A stretch of 64,000 nt of DNA from Octopus bimaculoides (taxonomy: Eukaryota), in the NCBI RefSeq assembly GCF_001194135.2, contig NC_068981.1, positions 124,818,137 to 124,882,136 on the forward strand, given 5' to 3'. The translations under genes and the position numbers were made by a program. Below, piece after piece: positions 1 to 12,587 of this stretch (its first letter is position 1; every line of letters begins with the position of its first letter). Under the pieces are notes generated by a model, which worked only from the letters and a program-made list of their open reading frames with translations, was not told the DNA's origin and made no database searches.

Positions 1-964
1 ATCCATTGACTTGTACAGCGCCTTGCTGCATGTACTGCTTATAAGTTCATGAAGGTGAACCTCCATCTCTTCATGTGCAGTCTTTTATACCACTCTCTAA
101 CTCGCTTTTCTCCAACCACCTTGAAATTCTCATTACATTTTTATTCTCAGCCAGTGCTACTCCATTATTATTCACTTTAACACCTTACTGCTTTTTACTC
201 TGCCTCTTTATCTCATTCCCAATAGCTTCCAGTTTAGGAGAGAGATATCACTCTTCATTCTGTACCAGCAAGTCTTCAACTAGGAAAGCAATCAGGCTGA
301 AATTAACTGATAGGAGTTGTGAAATACTCCAATTTTACAACGATAAGTTATCTAACTCTAGTGATGTTCTGATATATATATACACCTGGTCTTCTAATAA
401 AACCAAAATATTATAGAGTAAACTGAAAAATACTGCAAACTAACAACAAGCCTCTCCATTGTCATTTAACCTGCAAGAAATAGCAATTAAATTTCTCCTA
501 AATCACACCTTACTGTCCTGAAAACAGGGAGAAAACCCCAAATAAGTAGGATAGTCCAGGCAGAAGCTACTTTGAATGCAACTTTCTTCTATCAAGGTTG
601 ATCTGAGGCTAAACAACAACTAAAATACTACCAGTGTTAGCAAATGTTATATTAGTGACGTGTATAGTAGGATGGTGAGTGACAGGTAGGGAGCACTCTG
701 CAATAGTCATCAATTTACTGATATCTTGTTTCTCTACTAAATCTCCTCTGAAGGATTAATGATAACATAGCAATGTTATAAAGCTTTGAGCCCTCAACTC
801 CAGATAGAGTCAAAGAAGTACTTGCGTCTTAGGTATTTTTAAAACTTGGGCAAACCCATGCCTCTCATGGCATGATCACAGCTGAATTTCTTCCAGAGAG
901 AAAGAGAAATGAATCAACCCCAGTGCTACAGTGATACGTTACCTAGTGATCCTGAAGGGATGTG

Positions 965-1195
965 GAGGAGCATGGCTTAGTGGTTAGGGTGTTGGACTTA
1001 GGATCATAAGATTGTAGTTTCGATTCCTGGACTGGGAAACACATTGTGTTCTTGAGCAAAATATTTCATGTTGTTCCAGTCCACTCAGCTAACAAAAATG
1101 AGTAACCCTGAGATAGACTGGCATCCCGTCCAGGTGGGGAATATATACGCCAAGGAAACCAGGAAATCAGCCCTATGAGTTTATATGACCAGGGA
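965..1195 (+). mobile_element. SINE family C copy
   Basis: catggcttagtggttagggtgttgg...agtttcgattcctgg...tgtgttcttgagcaaaatatttcatgttgttccagtccactcagct. Confidence 0.7.
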
Positions 1196-2311
1196 AGGAA
1201 AGGAACTAAGGATCCTGATCCTGAAGGAACGAAAGGCCAAGTTGGCACTGAGTGGATTTAAACTCAGAGCACAAAAAGCCAGAATGAATACTGCTAAGCA
1301 TTCAATACAATGTTATAATGACTGTGAAGTTATAAGCAAATATTAACAATAGAGGAGTTAGGATATCAGTGTACCAGCATACACTGGCCAGAATTCTTGC
1401 AGGGAAAGAGTATAGGTAAGTTGTTTGAAATAAGTAATAAATATGAAGTGAAAAGGTTGGGATAGGCTTTTGTAAAAAAGAAAACAAAAAGAAAAAAAAA
1501 AGCAACTAAAATTATTTTCCACAAAAAGAATGAACAGATTAGCAGTGATATTAGTTTTTATGCGGCATGAGAAAGAGACATCAAAAATAAATAACAGGGG
1601 GTGTCATAATTGTGGCAGGGAAGTTTAATAGCTATGCTAAGATACATAAGCATAAATGCTGTGACACAAGCAAGTTAGGCTCAAGCATTTGTAGTTCTGT
1701 GTTGTAAATGATTTATAATAAGTAATTAAACTTTAAGAAATCAGCAACATACTTGTGATATACTTGTAAAAGAGTGAAAGACAGCAAGAAACTACATATA
1801 AAAGTTAGGTAAACAAAAAACTCTACACCCACCTTGAACTTAACAAAATAAAAGAGTAGCACAAATGTAAGCAGTATACCATTGCCTTGAACTACAGAAA
1901 TTAGAGACATGAAATGTTGGCAAAGAGGTATCTGTATGAAAAGCAGAGTAAATAGGATGAAGTGTGATGATGCATGACAGTAAATAACTGACAATGAATA
2001 CAATGAATGCAGAGGGTCTAGAGAGATAAGATGAGTATGATCCATTAATGTGGTGCAAATAAATTCAAAGGTTCACATTTCAGCAAAGCAGCAATAGTCA
2101 TAATGATTTTTTTTTTTTCTGTAGGAAGGATTACTGTGTCATGACTGATATTTATGAACACCAGAAGAATGAACAGCAAAGTGGAGCTTGGCAGGATTTG
2201 AACTCAGTACAAAGCATTTTGTCCAATGTTCTACTAATTCTGTCAACCCTCCACTCTTTAAAATAATGACAATCTTTATTACTTTGGCATTCATCATCAT
2301 TATCATCATCA

Positions 2312-2485
2312 TCGTTTAACGTCTGCTTTCCATGCTAGCATGGGTTGGACGATTTGACTGAGGACTGGTGAAACCAGATGGCTACACCAGGCTCCAATCT
2401 AATTTGGCAGAGTTTCTACAGCTGGATGCCCTTCCTAACGCCAACCACTCAGAGAGTGTAGTGGGTGCTTTTACGTGTCACCCGC
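2312..2485 (-). mobile_element. RTE-type 3' tail fragment
   Basis: Near-identical reverse complement of 56150-56325, including the (CAT)n tail. Confidence 0.7.
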
Positions 2486-3584
2486 ATTAATAGCATTAAG
2501 CTATTAATTTGTAAGACTGAAGTATAATTGGCTGAGTCACTTTCTAAGATATAATAGGTACACACGACAATGAAGGATGCAAATGGATGGGGGTGGGGAT
2601 CCTGATGAAACTTAACTTAAAACAAAGTGGATATACAAGGCATCCTGTCTGGCACTTTACCAATTCTACCCTTCTTCAATATCCAGAACTGCAACTTCTG
2701 AAGCTCCTTTTCTGCACAAAGTGACTCCTCACTCAACCCTTAAAGCACAAATACTTGACAAACCAATGAGGAAGCCTTTACATGGTCACTTGGTCTGCTA
2801 GAAAAAGCAGCGAAATCCCCTTCTCAAATCATACCATACCACATTTAAAAAATAGGACATATTGAATAATACAATCTTATATACAGCATTCCTGAAAACA
2901 AGACAGGATTGTCGTGGCTGAAATACTTTTGATCTTAAATCAGTTCAATGAGGGAAGCCTTCCAACTAAACAATAACCAGCAACAACTCTGAACATCAAC
3001 AACAAATGCCTCACTTACTTTGCTTGAAAGCTACCCCTCAACCTTAGAGAGAGAGTCAAAGGCACAGAACACTGGGAAGAAAGAGAATGAATGAATGACA
3101 TGAAACTTGTTCAGACTAATACCACTGCAGTAATGACTCAGTGATGTAATGACCCAGTCCTGTAATGACCTAGCACAGTAGCAGGCATAAAGTCAGCTAC
3201 AGAATGATTGAATTAAAATCAATAAATCAAAGGTAGGTTCTTTCCTCTTCTGCAATCATATATTTGTATTCCCAGATCAAAAGAAACCATTGTCACTAGC
3301 AGCAGTGACAGTGCTTGTAGTAGTTGCAGTAGAGCAGCGTAAAATAAAATTGCAGAGATCCAGCCAAAATCTCTCAAGTACCATGACGATCAGAGTTCAT
3401 GAACAATTCTTGTCAACTCTGCCTTTCTTCCTTCTTGCGTCAACAGACCCACTCGTGATATAACAAGGGAAAAGAATTATCATCAGGAGTTGTGTTGAAC
3501 AACTGTAGTCTGATGTAGGATGAATCCAACTATGAGCCTTAAGCCTATGTTAAAAAGCATTATCATTAATAGCGTAAAGAATAA

Positions 3585-3830
3585 GGCAGCAAGCTGGCAG
3601 AATTGTTAGCATGCTGGGCGAAAAGCTTAACAGTATTTCATTCAGCCTTGCGTTCTGAGTTCAAATTCCACCAAAGTCAACTTTGCTTTTTATCTTTTCA
3701 GGGTCGACAAATTAAGTACCAGTCAAATACTGGAGTCAATAAATTAAGTATCAGTCAAGTACTGGGGTCGATGTAACTGATTATTGCCCCTCCCCACAAA
3801 TTCCAAGCCTTGTGCCTATAGTAGAAAGGA
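3585..3830 (+). mobile_element. tRNA-derived SINE, family B (core resembles Meta/MESC-type SINE domain; assignment from memory)
   Basis: ggcagcaagctggcagaattgttagc...ttctgagttcaaattcc...cagggtcgacaaattaagtaccagtc...gccttgtgcctatagtagaaagg. It contains an internal duplication of about 31 bp. Confidence 0.75.
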
Positions 3831-5029
3831 TTGTCAATGTAAAGAGTGCACAATCAGTAGAGAGATTAGCAAAACATCTTGCCAAGTAGTTAGCTGCAGT
3901 CCTTTACATTCTGTGTTCTAAGTGAGCTGAGATTCACTATTATTTTATTGACCCAGGAAGAATAAAAAATTAAGTATCCATCATGTTCATATTATTTAAA
4001 CCTTTCTTCACTCTTATGGAGCATAGGCTGTCAACAGTTTTTTTTTGTTTTTTTTTTCACTGTTCTCATCTCTAGTCTATCTTTCTCTTTCTCGTATCTC
4101 GGTTTTGAACAGTCATTGATACATCTGTAACTCCTTGTTTCTAGGTAGGGATGTTGGCCCTACACAAACCTATTTTTACCTCAGGGAAGAAGTAATCAAT
4201 ATTAGTCTGGCTTCTATCCTTCGACCTGTCCAGTATGGTGGGTCCTGCCAGGAACTTGCACTCTGCTGGCATAGCTTTCAGGGTCACTGAAGTACAGAAG
4301 CCACCACAAGGACTGGACCTTGTGGTGGACCCATCATGTTCTAAGGTTGATTAAATCTACTATAAACCTTTCCCTAATATTGTAGTCTGGATCATATGTT
4401 CATCACCACTGTCACTATCATCATCATTACCACCACCATCATCATCATCACAAAGATGGTTGAGACAGCAAGACAACATTTAGTTTTGACCCTCTTGGTT
4501 CCTAGACTGAATTACAAAAATCAAATCTGTCTTTCCTCACTCTCAAGATTTAATACAGTAACTATTAGCATTCTACTGCTGTTAAGTGAATAATCTACAC
4601 CTACCTGATAAATTTTCACCTATTTTCTCAATATTATCAGACAAAAAATGCTGACATGAATGGTGGGGAAAATAATCAACAAAATACTTCACAGTTCTTA
4701 CTTCAAATGCTAAAAGGATTGATTCAGTATTTCAGCCTCCAATAAAATAAAATAAAAACAATAATAAAGGTCAATTAAACTGATTGCCAACACAAACATA
4801 TATGCATACATGCACACATAAATATGACCTTCTACATATTGACATATCTTGGATACCTAGAGATATTTTGTATGCACTTATCCATATCAAGTTTTACAAG
4901 TGGTGATGCATATATTGTCACATTAATCAATATTTTAAAGACAATTTTCAGACAGTTCTATTTTTCACTGTATTTGCACAACAGTATGTTAGTCAAGATT
5001 TTATAATTGATGTGGAACAAAAATGTCGA

Positions 5030-5375
5030 CTGCTGCCATGCTAGGGCACTGCCTTGAAGAACTTTTAGTTGAATGAACTGACCCCAGTACTTAATTTTGT
5101 TAATCCTGGTACTTATTCTATCAGTCACTTTTGCTGAACTGCTACCTTACAGAGACTTCAACACACCAACACCGGTTGTCAAGCAGTAATTGGGGGAACA
5201 GACACAGACAAAAAGACACACACACACACACAACAGGCTGTTTTACGTTTCTGTCTACCAAATCCACTCAAGGCTGACACTATAAAAGACACTTGCCCAA
5301 GGTGCCATACAGTGGGACTGAACCCGGAACCATGTAGTTGAGAAGCAAGCTTTTTACCACACAACCATGCTTGTG
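5030..5375 (-). mobile_element. SINE family A copy
   Basis: ccatgctagggcactgccttgaag...cttgcccaaggtgccatacagtgggactgaacccggaaccatgtagttg. Confidence 0.75.
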
Positions 5376-7319
5376 CCTATACATATACAAATTACACACA
5401 CATATAAATGTGTGTGTGCGTGTACACAAATGAGAGAAAGAATACTTAATATATATAATACAGTTTATTTGTTTGAAGGTGATGATTCACTCCATAGCTA
5501 CTATGAATCTCTTGCTCTTGTGTGTTCATTCATCAGAACAAATACACTAAGACACTCAGACTAGTGACAGAGAGAATCAACAGTTTGGAAAATTAAATCT
5601 CACACACGCACACACACACACACACACACACAAAATTTTGGTCTTAAATAGAAGAGCCTTCTGAGCAAAAGCTTCCAAGTTGCTATAAATATGCCCTACC
5701 TACCTAACTGAAAATTGTGCTTCACAATGCTGTTGAGTTACTGTATGTAGAAATTAACAAAAAAAAAAAAAACAATAAAACAGCCAAACATTTACAACAA
5801 CCCATACACCGTAAACAACCAAAGTACAATGCCTCTGCAATCAATCAATCAGCAACAGAGGAAACTGATGTGAGTGCCATCAGTGCAGTTTTATTGCAGG
5901 GCCATTACTACACAATCTTTGAAGTCACACACAAAATAATATTTATCACAACATCCTAGTTCTTTGTTTCTTTGTTTTTTTTTTTTTGGTTTTCTATGCT
6001 TCCCCACACCACACATACTCACTCACTTACTCTATCTCTCTCCACCCCCTCTCTCTCTCTCACAAGAATAGACAACACATTAAATCGTTTACCAATAAGA
6101 AGACGTGCTGAAGATTTCATAATGAACTTCCTATCCAACAAACATTTTGTTGTTCTAGCGTTTTTCAATAACATCGCATGCATACATATGTACGCACACA
6201 CAAACACATATAGATTTGTGTGTGTACATAAATATATTTACTTAAAAACTGAACACAGATAGAGCCACAAAGAAAAGAAGGAAGTGGATCAAAAAGTGAG
6301 CAAATGGTTACTCACTTTCAATTCACAGAATCTATTACTACATTTAAAGATACATGTTTTGAATGAAAGATCATTTTACATCTGTGGAGGTGTGTAGCTT
6401 AATGGTTAGGGTGTTGGGCACATGATTGTAAAATTGTAGTTTCAACTCCTGGACTAAGTGAAGCATTCTGTTCTTGAGCAAAACACATCATTTCGCATTG
6501 CTACAAAATCCAGGAAACCAACCTAATGAGTTTATGTCTCATGAAGGAACTTTATTTTACGTCCGCTTTTCCATGCACAAGCACAGTCAGAGAAAACTAG
6601 CTATCTCTGTAGTATATCTCATATTTTTGCTGTGGTTTGTACAACTCTCTGCCCACATGTCCGTGTGCATGTCTCTCCAGCACCAAAAAATACCGTCCCT
6701 GAATGACTTGTCAGCCATGCCAAATCATCTGCATCCAAGACTGCTGTGCCCAATCAGCTCATTCTAATATTACATATATCACTAGAAAACTTATTTTCAC
6801 AGCTGGATGAGCTTCCTGTTATTCACAATTCAAATATGAAATAACAATGAAACCTGCTTAAGTTGACTGAATTAGGCAAGAATGAGAGGAGAGTCTTAAT
6901 AGAGGCACACTGAAGTACATAAAGTAGGGCTTGAACTCAGTAGACAAGCACCCAAACTTCAAAGCTACTGAGATTCAATTTCTGGTTATTGACCAAAACT
7001 GTTGAGAGCCATGTATCAAACGCCAGATGGCTCTTGAATACAATCATCAATTGATAAATAGTTTTAAAGCTCACAAACACCTCAGAAATATGTCTAATTG
7101 GTGCAATCCTCTAGATGTTGCATAACCCTCTTAGTAATGAGCACTTTTGTTAATATCAATGTCCATTCTGCTAAAGTCAGTTTGTGATGAAAAAAAAAAA
7201 TGTCCTAACAAAGCTAACCACAAAGGTGCTAATGCTTTATATCATTCATTTGATGAATATAAATTGTTCTTCATGACTTTGCAGGAGAAAAATAATATTG
7301 GCTTCAAATTTTGGCACAA

Positions 7320-7515
7320 GGCCAGCAAGTTCAGGAGAGGGGTTAAGTCAATTACATCAACCCAGTGCTCAAATGGTACATATTTTATCAACCCCAAAAA
7401 GATGAAAGATAAAATCGACCTCAGCAGAATTTAAACCCAGAATGTAAAGACGGACAAAATACCATTAAGCATTATGCCCAGTGTGCTAACGATTCTGACA
7501 GCTTGCTCCCTTAAG
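7320..7515 (-). mobile_element. SINE family B copy
   Basis: cccagtgctcaaatggtacatattttatcaaccccaaaaagatgaaag...tgctaacgattctgacagcttgc. Confidence 0.75.
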
Positions 7516-7596
7516 CAAAAAGTATAGTATTTATATGAAATGCTTATTGAGACTAAAACAAAGATATAGTTCTGTGAAGGTACCAGCGAGGTTTAG

Positions 7597-7814
7597 CCCT
7601 TTAGCATTTAAACCAGCCATATCCAGCCCAAATATTCTGTTTTATGTTCAAACCAGCCAGATCTGGCCTCTCACACCTACCCTACAATGTTGTTGTAAAA
7701 GTAAACAATCACATCAATGAAATCACAAAGTTAAAATTATAATGCACAATTAGTTCAAAACAATGAGAATAAATAAGCACTATATTTGATACAGTAAGCT
7801 GAATGCTTAAAGGG
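7597..7814. mobile_element. piggyBac-type MITE copy in reverse orientation
   Basis: CCCTTTAGCATTTAAACCAGCC...CTGAATGCTTAAAGGG. Another reverse copy, lacking one end, lies at about 49130-49341. Confidence 0.75.
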
Positions 7815-7856
7815 TTGTTTGAAATTTTAAGGTGTTTCCATTATTTTGTCCAGCCC

Positions 7857-7894
<38 letters not shown>

Positions 7895-8686
7895 GGGCTT
7901 CTTTCAGTTTCCAGCTACTAAATTCACTCACAAGGCCTTGGTTAGCCTAAGGCTATAGTAGAAGACACTTTGCCCGAGGTGCCATGCAGTGGGACTGAAC
8001 CCAGAAGCAAGTGTCTTACCACATAGCTACACCTGCACCTATAGGTAACAATTTTAGATTTTTTTAAATTTATTTTTGACAATTTTAAGTCTTATGTATT
8101 TATCTACAAATACAGATTATAGACAAAAAAAAAAACAATAGTTCTGCTTTCAGTGGAAAAGATTCTGATGCTGTTTCATGTCCAACAGTTTTGTTCTCCT
8201 TACCAACAAATCATAAGTACATTTTGTTCAAAACAAAAGTTGTGCTTACAGGCTGAGAAATCTAAGTCCCAACAGAAACAGATAGTGTATATAAATCATT
8301 ATTAAATCACACAAATTTACATTAAACAGCTGTTTGAATTAGATTAATGCCTGTATAACGTCATGGCTAAGAATTCCCCCCACTGTATAGATATATGTAT
8401 AGATACATGCATAATACCTATGTATGTATATGTAACAACTTAACAATAAGAAAAAAATCACATACTTTTGGTACAACAGTCTGGAAATAAATATTTTATT
8501 TCAATCTATATATCATAAATTCAGTCTTTCAATTTAGAAAATGAAAAATTTTAAACAATGTCTATGCAAACTAACAAAAAAAAAATGCTTTTATAAAAAA
8601 TATAAATACTAAAGTTTGCCTATTTATCAGCAGTCACTCTTTTCAGAAGCATCATTATATCGATTTCAAATAAAACAGCTACCCAC

Positions 8687-8792
8687 CTCCACACAACTTC
8701 ATAACAACCCACAGTTCTTCTTTCACTACAAATGATGTGTAATAGGCAACCACATTCTCGTGTTTACAGTGGCTCATAGCCTGAATTTCTTT
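8687..8792 (-). CDS. OXSR1: Next coding exon of the same OSR1/SPAK kinase (subdomains III-V); equivalent to OXSR1 exon 3
   Basis: Minus strand reads cttgtctttattcaacag|AAA GAA ATT CAG GCT ATG ... TGT GGA G|gtgggt, giving [35 protein letters not shown](G). It continues the previous exon in phase 0 and matches OSR1 [37 protein letters not shown]. It is absent from the ORF track. The donor position is slightly ambiguous (see findings). Confidence 0.93.
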
Positions 8793-10059
8793 CTGTTGAA
8801 TAAAGACAAGATAATAAACAAAATCAGTAAGGAAGAGAGAACAAAAAAAAAAATAATAATAATAATAATGTTGGCATGTATAAGTAAATAAAAATATGAA
8901 TTTGTTAAAACATCATTGTGGTTTTCTTTTTTTTTTTTTCTTTTGGTCCTATCTGAAAATAGAAAAAAAAAGGCAACAAACAGAACTATGAATTTCGTTT
9001 CAATAACCAGCCCCAAAAATTAAACAAACCCTTATGAATACATACGCATATGCACGTATTCACACAATAATACAGGAATACATTAATGTCTATTTCTAGT
9101 TCTTAGTGTCAGGTTGACACAGACATCACGTTTATGTAGTAAATCAAGAGCTCAATCTTAACACTGCTGATGTTATGGACTGATCCCATAATGAGCGGGA
9201 GAGCCTGTGAAAGAACATGGAATAATCTTTTGAGGCCCAACAGAGGGCATTAATGAATAAACATTATTGCTATTGTTAAAACGTATAGAAAAAAATACAT
9301 CATCTTTTAATGCTTTTCAAACATAACATGTTTATTATATTATGTGCAAAAATGAAAACGTACAAGTCTGTAAATGTGTGTGTGTTCATGTACACATCAA
9401 GAACTATTGAACAATGCATAAATCTGCTTACATATTCTCCATGTGTGTGTGTGTACATGTAAATGCATGTATGAGTAAGTGTGCGCGTATTTCTATGTAT
9501 GTATAGTTCACTTTGCAACCATATATTTTCAGGTTCAGTCCTACTGCGTAGCACAATGTGCAGGCGCCTTCTAAAATAGTTACAGGCCAACTGTGGCCTT
9601 TTGGGTGGATTTGGTAGATGGAAGCTGAAAGAAACCCACTGTGTGTGCATGTGTATGTGCATAGGTGTATTCTTGACCCCCTTGTTTGACATTACCTGCA
9701 AATTATAAACAAACGTTACATCACCACCATACAAGCGGTGTTTATTATTTTTTGTTTTGTTTTTTTGTAATCACCAGTGGAAACATGTCCAAGCATTATG
9801 CAGTTCATATTTGAGGAAATAGGGAAAATATTACCTTCCTTGGAAATAGGTGAGATTTGGCAACAGAAAGTGCATCCAACTTAAAAAAACCTGCCTCAAA
9901 TTTTGCCTGGCCTATGCAAGCATAGGAAAGTGGAGACAAAAACAATAATGGTGATGATTATATATATATATATATATTCATTTATTTATTTATTTTATCT
10001 AGTTTCAGGCCAAGGTCTATGGCCTCTGAACACTATAAAAGGCTGTAAGATATAACATG

Positions 10060-10393
10060 GACTAATTTCTCCAATTGTAATCCGCTGGATTGCTTATGTG
10101 TGGAGTGCAGTTGAGAAAGACACCAACCATTTTGTCCGCAACACAAAGGCTAAGTTTGTAGCCAAGAGCAAGGAGGTATTCGAACGTCTTCCCAATGACA
10201 CAGTGAGGAACACCTGTGCCAAATTCCAGAGCCATTTTGATGCTGCAGTGGAAGCTGGGGTGGCTACTTTGAGTAAACTGTTATCTAGTTGATATCTTTA
10301 ATATGTTTTTTTTTTAAACACATTTACTTTTGGATGAGATGTTGTGCTTTGTTTTCCTTTTATGCAAACTGCCAAATTCATTCTGAACACCCT
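10060..10393 (+). mobile_element. 3' end of a Tc1/mariner-superfamily (maT-like) DNA transposon
   Basis: Encodes ...NCNPLDC(fs)VWSAVEKDTNHFVRNTKAKFVAKSKEVFERLPNDTVRNTCAKFQSHFDAAVEA(fs)GYFE*. It shares tactttgagtaaactgttatctagttgatat with the copy at 32.3 kb and ends ctgaacaccc followed by TATA. Confidence 0.8.
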
Positions 10394-10450
10394 ATATATG
10401 TGTATATATTGGGTTCACAAGCATGAGGTTATGAGTTCAATTCCCAGCAT

Positions 10451-11193
10451 AAACTAACCAGTCTGTCTACCCTATGTGAAAGGCCTCTCCGAAAAGATAC
10501 AAAAGATATGCAGCCCATATGACATCAGGAAAGTATTCAAGAGTAATACAACACTTCGCAAATATCTCCGAGTAAAACCACCAATAGAAGAGAATATGAC
10601 CAAAGACTGTGTGTACTCCATCCTATGCAGCTGTGGTAGGTTATACAAAGGCGAAACATGCCGCCCCCACAAAATAAGGGTAGAGGAACATTGCAAAGCT
10701 GTGACACGAGCAGATATTGATAAATCGGGTATAGCTGATCATGTATGGAAAAACGGAGACCACCTCTCACTGTGGGATGAAGCTAAAATAATAGACAGAG
10801 AATATCACTAGAAAATACGAAAATTCAAAAAGGCAGCACATATGCTAGGACATAATAACCTCCTAAGCAGACCTAGTGCAGATATGAGTAGCATATGGGA
10901 ACTGGTATTAAGGAAGTATAGGAAAATATTAGATTTATAAACCCTAAAATTCACTCCATAATTGCCCACAGACATATGGCATAGTGGTTAAGAGCGCAGG
11001 CTACTAACCCCAAGATTCGAAGTCCAATTCCAGGCAGTGACCTTAACAATAATAAGATTGGAAAAATAGCTTAGGAATGAGAACTCAGGTTCGAAATTCC
11101 CCCAGGACACCTGATGAAAGTTGGAGAGTACATCAGCCGAAACGTTGCGTTAACAACAAAGATGAGGACAAATATCCATCAAATGTAAATAAT
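10451..11193 (+). mobile_element. 5'-truncated Penelope-like retroelement remnant: GIY-YIG endonuclease region plus 3'/pLTR module
   Basis: The frame 10458-10940 reads PVCLPYVKGLSEKIQKIC...DCVYSILCSCGRLYKGETCRPHKIRVEEH...KSGIADHVW...KIIDREYH*KIRKFK..., with one in-frame stop at 10809. The VYxIxCxCxxxYxGETxR motif is typical of Penelope GIY-YIG domains. A hammerhead motif follows. Confidence 0.9.
11107..11150 (+). ncRNA. Minimal type I hammerhead ribozyme motif of the Penelope element, probably decayed
   Basis: Sequence ACAC CTGATGA A AGTTG gagagtacat CAGCC GAA ACGT T GCGT. It shows both catalytic core boxes, stem II with one mismatch and one G-U pair, a palindromic ACGT in place of stem III, and stem I ACAC/GCGT with one mismatch. 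Confidence 0.7.
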
Positions 11194-12587
11194 ATAAGGA
11201 TACAAAGATCAGTGATGGAGTAGGAGTAAGTTAGCTAGCTTGCCAATTTACAGAGACTAGGTATTATCTTTTACTTGTTTCAGCCATTAGACTGTGGCCA
11301 TGCTGGGACACTGCCTTGAAGAACTTTTAGTTGAATGAATTGACCCCAGTAATTAAATCCACTCACGAGGCTTTGGTCGGCTTGAGACTACAGAAGAAGA
11401 CATTTAACCAAGGTGTCATACGGTGGAAGTGAACCTGGAACCATGTAGTTGGAAAGCAATCTTCTTATCACACAGCCATGCCTAGATTCCATGCAAAAGA
11501 GATATTAATGCCTAAAATAGTTAGAAAAAGGAAGCGTATTCTAGGAACACTGTTTATTTCTGGGCTTTCTTAAAACTTACTTTGCTGTAACCGGTGCAGT
11601 CAGTAATAGACAATTTATCCAAGTCATATTAGCAGAACATTCATAACTGGAAACAATTGGGTGGAAGATAGAAACTGTGAAAGCTCATAAAGTGGATTCT
11701 ACATGTGAGCTCAAATAGCTGGCTTTGTCATTCTACCTGATGATTACATTAAGGATACAAGTGTTTGTAGGATACTCATCCACTTACACCATGTGCCAAA
11801 AAAAAGCACAAAAACAAAAGGAAGTGGTAATACTCCAGCATGGCTTCAATTCAGTAACTGAACTCAATAAAACAATAAAAATAAAAAAAAGTAGAAAGCT
11901 CCTTCCAGAGTCATATAGACTCATAGGGCTGGTTTCCTGGATTCTGTGGCATATGTACCCACCACCACCTGGATGAGATGCTGGTCTGTTGCAGGAATAC
12001 TTATTTTTGCCGACTGAATGGACTGGAGCAATGTGAAATGAAGTGTTTTGTCCAAAACCACCAATCTTATAATTGTGAGTTCAACACTAACCACTAAGCC
12101 ATGCACTTGGTCCAAATAAAAGAATGTCTTATTTGGACTGGCAAAAGAAGTTCCATAAATCACACAACTTGAAATTTTCATCATCAAAACCAACAAAAGA
12201 TCCATTCACTTACTACTTAACTGTTAAATATCAGTTATATAAATTGTATTTTGCTTAAACAATTAAATACAATACTCATGGTACAAGCACAATGCTAGTA
12301 TTAACATTTGCACTCATATTCACAATTATTCTAGCAGTTTGCTATCTTTATCTTTCAGCCAATATTCCTCACAAAGTCCCATCCTAATAACTACAAAATT
12401 TAATTGTAATGGTCACTTCCACTATTTCCAGTCCTTTCCATCCCTTCATTTTCTCCATGTTCCTGCAACTGTTTATTTTCTACAGTAAGTCGACAATATA
12501 AAGTTATGCTCCATTCTGTTGAGAAATGACTCCCTCAACAAACAGAAAATCTGTGAAGTACTCCTTTAGTAGCTAGTTCTAATTTAA

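Noticed and set aside
75-416. 113-aa hydrophobic ORF
   Set aside because: Reflects T-rich composition, with no recognisable family.
965-1040. tRNA-like heads here and at about 6385 and 60590-60660
   Set aside because: These are SINE heads continuing into shared SINE bodies, without intact cloverleaves, so they are not called tRNA genes.
3990-4320. Possible RTE 5' UTR-like fragment, plus further recurrent repeats at about 440-620, 2760-2960, 26455-26620, 36720-36900 and 55225-55290
   Set aside because: They look repetitive but are too decayed to classify or bound reliably.
1-8686. Search for the next kinase exon (SxLDII...LEYLH..GQIHR)
   Set aside because: Not found by manual scan, so it probably lies beyond position 1. 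Isolated donors or acceptors near 6090-6130 and 6310-6335 gave no kinase-like peptide.
8600-9300. Intronic sequence complementary to the kinase exons (editing complementary sequence)
   Set aside because: No convincing complementary stretch seen by eye near either exon. A folding computation would be needed.
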